From assembly GCA_964520345.1 (NCBI GenBank), contig CAZFMY010000014.1, positions 10,671-74,670 on the forward strand: DNA of 64,000 bases, given 5' to 3'. Origin of the DNA: an uncultured Gemmatimonadaceae bacterium (GTDB lineage Bacteria > Latescibacterota > UBA2968 > UBA8231). Shown here one piece after another: positions 26,948-35,793 of the stretch (position 1 is its first letter; the number at the start of each line of letters is the position of its first letter). Made by a program: the position numbers and the translations under genes. The notes beneath the pieces were generated by a model, which made no database searches, had not been told where the DNA came from, and saw only the letters and a list, made by a program, of their open reading frames with translations.

Positions 26948-28690
26948 GTGAAAATTCCTATGCTCACTGCCCTTATCTCGATCCTGGCCTGCCTCTCCCT
27001 CATCGCCTGCGGAGGCAACGAGAGTACACTCAAGAATGTTCCGCGTAGTCGAACCCTGATCATGGACTGCGCCGAAGGCAACACCTGTGCGGGCCAGATC
27101 CAGGACTACAACTCGTTCAATCCCTTTATTCCGGGCAGTATTTCGCGCATCGGTTTCAATTTCCTCTACGAACCCCTGTATTTCTTTAACGCCTATGAAG
27201 AAGATGCAGAGCTGATCCCGTGGATCGCGGAAAGCCACAGCTTCAACGAAGACTATACCGAAATCACGGTTAAAATCCGCACGGGCGTCGAGTGGAGCGA
27301 TGGACATCCCTGGTCGGCGCACGACTTCGTCTTCACGATCAACATGCTGATGGACAATGCCCCACAGCTGGTCTATTCGACCGATATGGCGACCTGGGTC
27401 AAAGAGGCGGTCGCGCTAGACAGCCTGACCGCCAGAATCGAGCTCAAGTCCCCGAATCCCCGTTTCCTCTTTAGCTACTTCGTCCACAGCGGAGACCAGG
27501 GCATTCCCATCGTACCCAAGCATATCTGGGAGGATCAGGATCCGCTGATCTTTTCCAACTTCGACCTGCAAAAGGGCTGGCCGGTTCTGACCGGCCCTTA
27601 CCAGATCGCACTCTCCCAGCCCGCTCAGCGGATCTGGGACCTGCGGCCCGACTGGTGGGCTAAAAAACTTGGCTTTCAGCCACTGCCCAAGGTCGAGCGA
27701 CTGATCTATCTCACCTATATGGAGGAAAACAAGCGGGTACAAAACCTCATTGCCAACAATATCGACACCTGTCTCGAACTACGTCCGGCCAATATTGTCT
27801 CCCTGCTCGAATCAAACCCCAATATCACCACCTGGACGGGTCGTGAGCCTCCCTACAGCTATATCACTTGGTGGCCGATATCACTGGGGTTCAACGGTTT
27901 GGAAGAGCCCTGGTCCGATCCGGGAATGCGCCGCGCCGTAAATTACGCCATCGACCGCGAACAACTGGTCGAGATCGGCTGGCAAAACTCGGGCGACTGG
28001 ACCCATCTGCCCCTGCCCGACCTGCCGCAAATGCGCAAGTACTTCACCTGGGCTGCCGATCTGGTCGAAAAACATCAGGTCGGTGTCTTCGATCTCGAAA
28101 AGAGCGCCGCAATCCTGCGCAATAAGGGTTATCAGCGCAACGGCGAGTTCTGGGAAAAAGACGAGCAGACACTGAGCATGGTCATCGATATCTTCTCCCA
28201 CTTCCAAGACCTAACACCGGTGCTCATCGCCCAACTAAAAAAAGCCGGAATCGATGCCTCTTTCCGCATGACATCCGACTTCAACTCGCGCCTGCGCCAG
28301 GGCACTGCCCGCGCCTATCTGATCGGCAACTTCAGCTCGATGCGCGACCCCTACTTCGTACTCCGTCAATATCACAGCCGCTTCGTCCAACCCACCGAGC
28401 AGCCCGCCGATATGCCCTGGCGCTGGCGCAACAAAGCCTACGACGCAGTGATCGATCAAATGGGTCAGACCCCGACCGACGACCCCGCCATGAAAGAGCA
28501 CTATCGCCAGGCCATGGACCTCTGGCTTGCCGACTTACCTTCAATTCCGATCGTGCAGTGGCCGCATCGCATCCCACACAACGAAACCTACTGGACCAAC
28601 TGGCCCAGCGCAGACAACCCCTATATCAACAGCGCGTACTGGAGTCGCACCTGGCTTCTGGTGCTGCTCAACCTGCAACCCAAATCTTGA
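26948..28690 (+). CDS. ABC-transporter solute-binding lipoprotein, family 5 (peptide/nickel/oligosaccharide type)
   Basis: Lipobox LSLIAC|GG. WSDGHPWSAHDFVFT and MRRAVNYAIDREQLV are typical of SBP_bac_5. The start is GTG 26948 (abutting the upstream stop) or ATG 26960. No permease or ATPase genes are nearby. Confidence 0.8.
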   Translation: MKIPMLTALISILACLSLIACGGNESTLKNVPRSRTLIMDCAEGNTCAGQIQDYNSFNPFIPGSISRIGFNFLYEPLYFFNAYEEDAELIPWIAESHSFNEDYTEITVKIRTGVEWSDGHPWSAHDFVFTINMLMDNAPQLVYSTDMATWVKEAVALDSLTARIELKSPNPRFLFSYFVHSGDQGIPIVPKHIWEDQDPLIFSNFDLQKGWPVLTGPYQIALSQPAQRIWDLRPDWWAKKLGFQPLPKVERLIYLTYMEENKRVQNLIANNIDTCLELRPANIVSLLESNPNITTWTGREPPYSYITWWPISLGFNGLEEPWSDPGMRRAVNYAIDREQLVEIGWQNSGDWTHLPLPDLPQMRKYFTWAADLVEKHQVGVFDLEKSAAILRNKGYQRNGEFWEKDEQTLSMVIDIFSHFQDLTPVLIAQLKKAGIDASFRMTSDFNSRLRQGTARAYLIGNFSSMRDPYFVLRQYHSRFVQPTEQPADMPWRWRNKAYDAVIDQMGQTPTDDPAMKEHYRQAMDLWLADLPSIPIVQWPHRIPHNETYWTNWPSADNPYINSAYWSRTWLLVLLNLQPKS

Positions 28691-28836
28691 TCGCGCCATC
28701 ACCAGCCAGGAATCTGGCAGCGGGGAATTTCTCGATAACGATATTTAGAGCTCTGGACAAAGCCGGAAACCACGCCCGAGCAATTCGCCGAGAACCAGGC
28801 GAATTCGGCGCATAACCACTATCAAGGCCCCATCCC

Positions 28837-29745
28837 ATGAACGACCAGCAAATCAAAGCATCCTACGCCCGCGACGGCTATCTCGTCATCGAAGACCTCA
28901 TCGACGACGAAGATCTCGCCCCCATCCGGTCATTTATCGAAGCCAGAGTCGATGAATACGCCCGCGATCAATTCGCTCAGGGCAAGCTTTCTTCGACCTA
29001 TCAGGACGAGTCCTTCACCCGCCGTTATGCCGCCATTTGCAACGAACAGAATCTCTCGCCGCGCGGCTGGTCTTTCGGGTCCTTCGGCCGCGAGTTCTAC
29101 GACCTGTACAACCTACCGGGGATCCTGCGCATCCTGCGACTCATTCTGGGATCCGAAGTATCCAATCTCGGCAGCCCGGCGTTGAGAACCAAACTCCCCG
29201 GTAGCGTGGTCACTTCCTTTCCCTGGCATCAGGACAGCCAGTACGTCGATCAGTCGACCATCGGCAAGAAGGAAAAACACACCGCCCACCTGCCGATGGT
29301 CACCGTGTGGGTTCCGCTGGTCGAGGCGACCAGCGAGAATGGCTGCTGCTGGGTCATACCCGGCTCTCACCATTGGGGGCTGCTCGACGGCGCCCGGGGC
29401 GCCGATTCCAATGTGCATATGGAGGAGGATGTCGAATCCCGCGGCACCGCGGTCCCGATCCCACTCAAACCCGGCGGAGCACTCTTTATGTCTAATCTCT
29501 GTGCCCACACCAGCAAACTCAACTCCACTCGCGATTGCCGCTGGAGCATCGATTACCGCTATTTTCCCAACCCGGACCGGGCCGATCTGCCCCCCCAGCA
29601 GCACCAGGAGGCCCTTTTTGTGCAGAATAAGATTCTATCGGGCGGTCATGTGCCTCTGGTAGTGCTCACAGAAGGTGCCAAACCCAGCTGGGAAGAATGG
29701 CAAGCCACCGTACTCGCACATAAATCCAGCCTAGAGAAATCATAA
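28837..29745 (+). CDS. Phytanoyl-CoA dioxygenase (PhyH) family Fe(II)/2-oxoglutarate oxygenase
   Basis: N-terminus YARDGYLVIEDLI, HxD facial triad WHQDSQY, distal His in NLCAHTS. Confidence 0.75.
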   Translation: MNDQQIKASYARDGYLVIEDLIDDEDLAPIRSFIEARVDEYARDQFAQGKLSSTYQDESFTRRYAAICNEQNLSPRGWSFGSFGREFYDLYNLPGILRILRLILGSEVSNLGSPALRTKLPGSVVTSFPWHQDSQYVDQSTIGKKEKHTAHLPMVTVWVPLVEATSENGCCWVIPGSHHWGLLDGARGADSNVHMEEDVESRGTAVPIPLKPGGALFMSNLCAHTSKLNSTRDCRWSIDYRYFPNPDRADLPPQQHQEALFVQNKILSGGHVPLVVLTEGAKPSWEEWQATVLAHKSSLEKS

Positions 29746-29843
29746 AAAGCCCGAGCTAGAGCATTCGAATCAGGCGAAAAACCGCAAGTCCATATCGCAT
29801 CGCATCCGCTGATCGAGTTCAAAGTGCAGCGCGCCTCAACTTA

Positions 29844-31397
29844 TCAGTCTGCAAAACTGAAACTGTAGACCTTGGCCCGATTCGCGATCAAGCGGATCCT
29901 CACCGCCGTGCTGAGCGAGGAAAAATCGGCATTTTTCCACTGCACTGGCCAGCGGATTTCATCGCCGGCCAGCGGCAGGCACTCTTCCCGTGCAAAGCCT
30001 TTTATTACCTCTCCCTGCGCATCGCAGAGTTCGACCCGAAGCTGCCCCCCAGTCGCATCGGCATTTAGTTCCAGCCGATCCACACCAATGGGCAGCAAGG
30101 GCTTGGTCTCGATCAACCCATCTCCCCTGGCTTGCAGAGCCACAAAGCGATCCCGCTGCCAGGTCGCCCGCCCGATTCGTTTGACGCGTTCTTCGAGTCG
30201 GCCCCCGTGCGTATTCTCCGCACCCGAATAATACCAATGCACCTCGTCGCCGGCGATAACCGGTTCTTTGGCAGTGCCGATGATCATACCGCAGTCGAAT
30301 GAATCGGTGCCACCCCTGGGTATCGCCGGCGTGCGCTCGCGGTCAGCGTGCGACCAGTGCAAACCATCGCGGCTATAGACGAATTGCGCGTCGATCGGTC
30401 CATCGCAAGGCATCTGGTTTTGCTCACCGGGAATCTGCTCTGCCGTCACGTAGAGGACTCCCGCTAAACCGAGATATATGTTGTTATAGCGAAAAGCCGA
30501 CATATTGTGCAATTCAGCCCGCAACGCGCCGTATTTGCGTCGTCCAATTTCATCGTCCCAGTGCGTGGGTTCGAAAATCGGCTCGGCATCCTTCCACGGC
30601 CCCGCCAAGGTCCGGCTTTCGCTATAACAGATGATCCGGCGATGGTCTCGGTCGCTGAGACGGGTCAATGAATAGGCCCGATAGAGGTCTTGCTTATCAT
30701 CGTAAACGACATTAAACGTCCCCTCATTGGCTCGACGTGAAACCGGTTCGATATGATCCTTGTCGTCCCAGTGGATCCCATCCGGCGAGGTGATCAAGAA
30801 TATATTGCGATAGCGGCGGCAAAAACCGATGGCCTTGTATCTTTTTTGCGGATCCGATTCCTCCCGGTCGATGAAAACCGAAGCCCCGTGCAAATCCCAG
30901 ACGATATTATTGTCGAGCCGGCCATTGAAGGTGAAAATACCCAGATCCGGTTTAGACCAATGGATCCCATCGTCGCTCTCGGCATAACAGGTCAAATCTC
31001 CCCGATCGTTATCGGCGAATTCGCGGCCATAGCTATCGGCCCTGAGACCATCGCAATGGTAGGGTTTTTCATCGGTGCGGGGTATATACAAGCCGGGGAT
31101 CTGATAGGTGCCACCGGCAAAACGCCAGTGCGGCCCCATACGGCAAAAGTACCACATCCGATATTTTCCCATCAATTCATCATAGAGCACGGTACCATAG
31201 AGATAGATGCGCTTGCTCTTCCCAGGTCCGGAAAACTCCCAGGGCTTGTCCAGGTCGGGCTCCATAACAAACGGCATCTTCTCCCCGGGCTGCACCGCCC
31301 GCTCGATTCCGTGTTCCCGTTCGATTAGCGTCTCGTCGAGAAGCAACGCACTCTCGTTGATCTCCATCCGATGCATTAGCGCACAGCGACCGCTCAT
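29844..31397 (-). CDS. Beta-propeller protein, glycoside-hydrolase-like (family not assignable by eye)
   Basis: Blade-like motifs recur: AESDDGIHWSKP, ITSPDGIHWDD, YSRDGLHWSH, plus YRMWYF. The true start may be the internal MHRMEINES or MEINES. Confidence 0.55.
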   Translation of the reverse strand: MSGRCALMHRMEINESALLLDETLIEREHGIERAVQPGEKMPFVMEPDLDKPWEFSGPGKSKRIYLYGTVLYDELMGKYRMWYFCRMGPHWRFAGGTYQIPGLYIPRTDEKPYHCDGLRADSYGREFADNDRGDLTCYAESDDGIHWSKPDLGIFTFNGRLDNNIVWDLHGASVFIDREESDPQKRYKAIGFCRRYRNIFLITSPDGIHWDDKDHIEPVSRRANEGTFNVVYDDKQDLYRAYSLTRLSDRDHRRIICYSESRTLAGPWKDAEPIFEPTHWDDEIGRRKYGALRAELHNMSAFRYNNIYLGLAGVLYVTAEQIPGEQNQMPCDGPIDAQFVYSRDGLHWSHADRERTPAIPRGGTDSFDCGMIIGTAKEPVIAGDEVHWYYSGAENTHGGRLEERVKRIGRATWQRDRFVALQARGDGLIETKPLLPIGVDRLELNADATGGQLRVELCDAQGEVIKGFAREECLPLAGDEIRWPVQWKNADFSSLSTAVRIRLIANRAKVYSFSFAD

Positions 31398-31509
31398 ATT
31401 TCCTCCCCTGCAGATTGGGTTCTACCGCTCTTGGGACCAGCCCCCACGGCAAAGAACATACAAGGTCTGCGCCGCGCAAAGTGCAGCGCAAGTCTAGATC
31501 TTAGACCCG

Positions 31510-31537
31510 AAAAAAAACGGCGCCCAATCGGACGCCG
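31510..31537 (-). terminator. Rho-independent terminator downstream of the flavoprotein gene
   Basis: Minus strand reads CGGCGUCC-GAUU-GGGCGCCG followed by UUUUUUUU. This is an 8-bp stem (one G-U pair) with a U8 tail. Confidence 0.8.
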
Positions 31538-31651
31538 ACCGCAACCATCTTACTTTTTAGAGCGCTGAAAGAGCCAGACCACGCAACGCTGATCCCGGCA
31601 CGATGGGTATATCTCGAAACCCAGCATCGCCTAGCTACAATCTACCCGACC

Positions 31652-32944
31652 TCAGCACCGCCCCTCCTTCTGCAGAATATCACCCGCAATAGCGTAAGTC
31701 GTCCCATGCATTGCAATGACGACCAGGCCAATTCCCGCGGCCAGATAGCCGCCAATATATAAATTGGGAATGTCGACCGACTCGTAGTTGTGTATATGGG
31801 TCCGAACCTGATCGAGCTGGAAACGATAACTGTCGCGCATCGGCTCCAATTGCAAAGGCTTGAAGTTGCGAAGGATCGAATAGTCGGCTATGCCGCCGAT
31901 CTCCTTGATCACGTGATCGACAGCGACCACCTCACGACCCTCGGCCGTCTCCAGCGCAACCTGCCCATCTGCTCCAATCTGCGTCACCTGGGTCTGATAC
32001 CAGGTCTTGAGCCGAGTCGAGCGCCCCTCGAGGATCTCGGCGATCCGCGCGTAGTACGGCAGGCCATGGCGGCTTTCATTGATCAGCCGCCAATGCACAT
32101 CCGGCCCCTGACGCATCACGTAGTGCACCTCCTTGCCCGCATCGTGCAACTCGGTCGCCGCCCAATCACCAGAGCGCCCACCACCGACTACCACCACCCG
32201 CGTACCGGGAAAATCCTCGGCACGGTCGTAGTGCGCGGTAACAAAGGGCAGTTGCTCGCCCTCGACGCCTAAATCCCGCAATTGCCCGCGCTGACCAGTG
32301 GCCAAGATCAGGTACTTACAGGTATAGGTCCGCTCTGCACCTGTCTCCACATTCCGGCTCCTGAGTTCGAAGCCCTTTTCGTGCGGCTCGATCCGCTCGA
32401 CATCTTCACCGATACGAATCGTTTCTCCAACCGCAAAACGCTCGGGTATCCGGTGGTAGTAATCGATCAACTCCGTCTTGACGATCAACGCGTTGACGTC
32501 GATATCCAGCCCGAGTTCGTCGGCGTGTTGCGCCAATGGATGAAAAGCAAACTCCATCCATTGGGCCGGGGATAGGGTCAGCAGATTCTGCGGCGCCCGG
32601 TTCCACAACCCGCCGACCGGCTCACGGCTGATCAGCAGGGTATCCAGCGGCTGGCCTCGGCGAAACTCCATCGCCACCTGATCCAGTTCCTCAAAGAGCT
32701 GGCGCGGATGGTGCAGAGTCCGGAACAAATCCACCGGTTTGACCCCGCTCTGGACCAGCTTTTGCATATCCATCCCCAGGAGCGTACCCTCGAATTGCCG
32801 CAAATGATTTGCCAGCGGCCCATAACGCGTCTCGAAGATCCGGCTAGCACGATAAAAAGGATGCCAGCCCCCCAGCACTACGGCCAACGGCAGTCCCGCA
32901 GGCCCACCACCGACAACAATCACCGTATGGTGTTCTGCACTCAT
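31652..32944 (-). CDS. FAD/NAD(P)-binding oxidoreductase (flavin monooxygenase / pyridine-nucleotide-disulfide oxidoreductase-like)
   Basis: Two dinucleotide folds, VIVVGGGPAGL and VVVVGGGRSGD. ATG 32942..32944 (MSAEHH...) lies 1 nt after the ggt stop. The longer listed ORF overlaps ggt. Confidence 0.75.
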   Translation of the reverse strand: MSAEHHTVIVVGGGPAGLPLAVVLGGWHPFYRASRIFETRYGPLANHLRQFEGTLLGMDMQKLVQSGVKPVDLFRTLHHPRQLFEELDQVAMEFRRGQPLDTLLISREPVGGLWNRAPQNLLTLSPAQWMEFAFHPLAQHADELGLDIDVNALIVKTELIDYYHRIPERFAVGETIRIGEDVERIEPHEKGFELRSRNVETGAERTYTCKYLILATGQRGQLRDLGVEGEQLPFVTAHYDRAEDFPGTRVVVVGGGRSGDWAATELHDAGKEVHYVMRQGPDVHWRLINESRHGLPYYARIAEILEGRSTRLKTWYQTQVTQIGADGQVALETAEGREVVAVDHVIKEIGGIADYSILRNFKPLQLEPMRDSYRFQLDQVRTHIHNYESVDIPNLYIGGYLAAGIGLVVIAMHGTTYAIAGDILQKEGRC

Positions 32945-32945
32945 C

Positions 32946-34562
32946 TCAACTCCCCGCCGCCCACCCACCGCCACCGGCGCGCACGCTCTGTGCTCGGCGC
33001 AGATATTCGGCAATATGAGCCATACCCCCGATCCGATCGTTATATGCGATCCGGTGCCCCATCTTTTTCAACTCCGCTACCAGTGCCTCATCCATATCAG
33101 GCCGCACCTCGATCGGCTCCTCAACCACCACGTGCAGTCGCGGCGCTTCGGCCGCTTCCTGCGGTCCGGCATCAAAGTCGATTATCCGCTGCGCCAGCTG
33201 CGCCCCCACTGCAATGATCCGCCGTCCGCCCGGTAGCCCGGTAGCCACATCGCGATCGGCCAACCGCAGGATCATCGGCGCAGTATTGTTAAGCGGGCCT
33301 TTATAGGGGGCAACCGAATTGATATGACCTGGGCGCGGATCGAGACGATTCATCCCATGATTGAGCACAATGCCCGTCCCTGCGACCACCACACCCGAGC
33401 CCAGATTGCCACCCTGGGTGATGGTCGCCGCGACCACATTGCCCTCGGCATCGGCCGTCGAGAGATGCAGCGTCTCGGGCACCGTCTGGCTCGACCATCC
33501 CCATGATTCGAGGTCCACCCGCTCGGGTGAATTTCGCAGCGCCTCGGCTCGCCCCATCGCATAATCGGAACTCAATAACCGCTCGATCGGCACCTCGGCG
33601 AAATCGGGATCGCCCAGATAGCGGATCCGGTCGCGCCAGACCAGCTTGAGAACCTCCGCCCAGCGATGCCAGTACTCGACCTCATTGTCGGCGACGGGTG
33701 CGAAGCCATCGAGCATCTGCAAGGCCTGCAAACTCGACAGGCAGCCATTGGGTAGAATCGGGCCATAGAGCTGCGCGTCGCGATAGGTTGCCCTATAGGG
33801 CTCGGTGAGCCGCGGCTCGAACTGAGCCATGTCCTCACGCGTCAAAATCCCCCCCATCTCCTGTACACACCCGACAATCTGCCGTCCCAACTCGCCTTCG
33901 TACATATCGCGCCATCCCAGTTCCGCCAACCGCTTAAGCGTCCGCTCCATATCCGGACGGTGCCAGATATCACCCGCCTGGGGCAAGCGCCCACCGGGCA
34001 AAAGATGCGCAGCCGAAGCCGGATAGCGCCTCAGTACGCCCTCCAGCAACGCGATATTCCGCGCCAATTCCGCACCGAATGGAAAACCATCCGCGACCAA
34101 GTGCTGCGAGGGGGCAACGATCTCGGTCCAGGCCAACTGCCCCCATTGCTCCCAGAGCGTGCCGATCCCCGCCATCTGCCCCGGCACCGCCACCGCGAGC
34201 GGCCCGTGAATATTGGCGTCGTCGACCACACTGCACTGGTATTCAAATTCGTTGATGCCCTTGGAACTCTCGCGTTCGGGCAGGACTTCATAGAGATCGT
34301 CTCGCGCTGCCGCGGGCGCTCTGGCATTGCTGTCCAATGACCAAACCCGCCCCGTCTTCCCCTCCAGGACCACTGCCACCAGTACATAACCGCCAATACC
34401 GTTTTTGTCGGGTGCCATCACCGCACAAGCCAGACTGGCCGCCGCCGCCGCGTCCATCGCATTGCCGCCCGCATCGAGTATCCGCGCTCCGATCCTGGCC
34501 GCCTCTGCTGGCCACGCAGCTACCGCACCTTTTGCACCTACAACTTCTTTGCCTTCAACCAT
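32946..34562 (-). CDS. ggt: Gamma-glutamyltranspeptidase-family protein (no signal peptide)
   Basis: GGNAMDAAAAA, nucleophile context PETLHLSTADAEGNVVAATITQG (compare E. coli QTTHYSVVDKDGNAVA), and GTGIVLNHGM. The N-terminus starts directly in the mature domain. Confidence 0.8.
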   Translation of the reverse strand: MVEGKEVVGAKGAVAAWPAEAARIGARILDAGGNAMDAAAAASLACAVMAPDKNGIGGYVLVAVVLEGKTGRVWSLDSNARAPAAARDDLYEVLPERESSKGINEFEYQCSVVDDANIHGPLAVAVPGQMAGIGTLWEQWGQLAWTEIVAPSQHLVADGFPFGAELARNIALLEGVLRRYPASAAHLLPGGRLPQAGDIWHRPDMERTLKRLAELGWRDMYEGELGRQIVGCVQEMGGILTREDMAQFEPRLTEPYRATYRDAQLYGPILPNGCLSSLQALQMLDGFAPVADNEVEYWHRWAEVLKLVWRDRIRYLGDPDFAEVPIERLLSSDYAMGRAEALRNSPERVDLESWGWSSQTVPETLHLSTADAEGNVVAATITQGGNLGSGVVVAGTGIVLNHGMNRLDPRPGHINSVAPYKGPLNNTAPMILRLADRDVATGLPGGRRIIAVGAQLAQRIIDFDAGPQEAAEAPRLHVVVEEPIEVRPDMDEALVAELKKMGHRIAYNDRIGGMAHIAEYLRRAQSVRAGGGGWAAGS

Positions 34563-34704
34563 CGCCTATTCAACTCGATTGAATTCCGCCTGAAAAACCA
34601 ACTCGCCGCAGTCCTGCACAGCAAAACCAAATTCGCCGAGCCGCTGCGCTTGGCACAAAGAGAAACACCGAATCCCCAACACATCAATCCGTCACCCTGA
34701 AAGT

Positions 34705-35793
34705 CTAGGGCAGAAAGGCCTTCGCCCGCTCCAATTTATCCGGCAAATACCTATCCATCACGTGATTCAAATCGTGCACTGCAAAAGCCTGCTGCTCCGC
34801 CCTGACACCGCCCTCCTTCAGTGCCAAGAGCGCCTCCTGCCACTTCTTGTAGTGCTGAACGAATGGATCGTTCTTCAGCGCATCGTCGATCCGCTTTATA
34901 TCTACTTCTGTCATCTTGTGCGTCGGCAGCTCGTAATCGGCAATATCATCGGGGGTAACGCCCAAGAAATGGGCCTTGGGCACACAAAACGCCTCGTTGA
35001 TATGCGCCGCATTGCCCGAACCAACCTTTAGGGTCCGATAGATATTGCAGATCCCATAGGGGTCGCAATCGACAAAAGCATAGACCGGAATATCCAGATC
35101 CTCGGACATCCGCCGAATAAAGCGCCGCGTCGCCCGGGTCGGCACTCCTCCCATCGACACTAGAATACAATCAGCTCGACGCCAGTAATTGTGCTTGACC
35201 AGACGCTGAAACATCCCCGCGGTCTCAATCGCCAATACAAACTTGGCGTCGGACTCGAAACGCAAATGCTCGACAGAAATAGGAATCGAATAGGCCCCGG
35301 AGCCGAATTTGGTACAGTCGATCGCCAATTCGTCGCCGCTGTCGCGATCTTCATCGTAGACCACCAAATTACCCGCCACCTCACCCCCCTTCTCCTCCGG
35401 TACAAAACCCAACTGCTCGCGATTGACCGAAAAAAACGCCTCGACATCATCGAGCACTGCATCCGACTCGGTCTGTTCGGCAAAGCGCACTTCTTCGTCC
35501 CAGCCCTTGGCCACGTAATAGGCTTCGCGCTTGGTGGCTATATCGTCGGTCTCGATCAGGTTTTTGGATAGCGCAATCATCTTCAGAGACTGCGCAAAAG
35601 TCTTGACCGTCGAAACCGCCAGAGTCCGCTCCTTGGTCTTGCGCCCGATCTGGAAGAATCCCGCCTTGGGATCGAATTTGACATTGCTCAAGTTGCGCAG
35701 CGGAAACTTCATCGATGGCTTCTGCTTCTTCAGGATACTATCGCGAATCTGCCTGGCCTCTTTGGCGATGAGCTTGAGCAGCGCCTGGTTCAT
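34705..35793 (-). CDS. top6A: DNA topoisomerase VI subunit A (Spo11/Top6A)
   Basis: Catalytic-Tyr motif KREAYYVAKGW. Toprim acidic residues in LAIETAGMF and FVDCDPYGI. VSMGGVPTRATRRFIRR. The start ATG overlaps the top6B stop (ATGA at 35790..35793). Confidence 0.9.
   Translation of the reverse strand: MNQALLKLIAKEARQIRDSILKKQKPSMKFPLRNLSNVKFDPKAGFFQIGRKTKERTLAVSTVKTFAQSLKMIALSKNLIETDDIATKREAYYVAKGWDEEVRFAEQTESDAVLDDVEAFFSVNREQLGFVPEEKGGEVAGNLVVYDEDRDSGDELAIDCTKFGSGAYSIPISVEHLRFESDAKFVLAIETAGMFQRLVKHNYWRRADCILVSMGGVPTRATRRFIRRMSEDLDIPVYAFVDCDPYGICNIYRTLKVGSGNAAHINEAFCVPKAHFLGVTPDDIADYELPTHKMTEVDIKRIDDALKNDPFVQHYKKWQEALLALKEGGVRAEQQAFAVHDLNHVMDRYLPDKLERAKAFLP

Noticed and set aside
28782-28805. 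8-bp hairpin (AATTCGCC-N8-GGCGAATT) 32 nt upstream of the PhyH gene
   Set aside because: It is short, has no U-tract and has no recognisable riboswitch or attenuator context. It is too weak to interpret.
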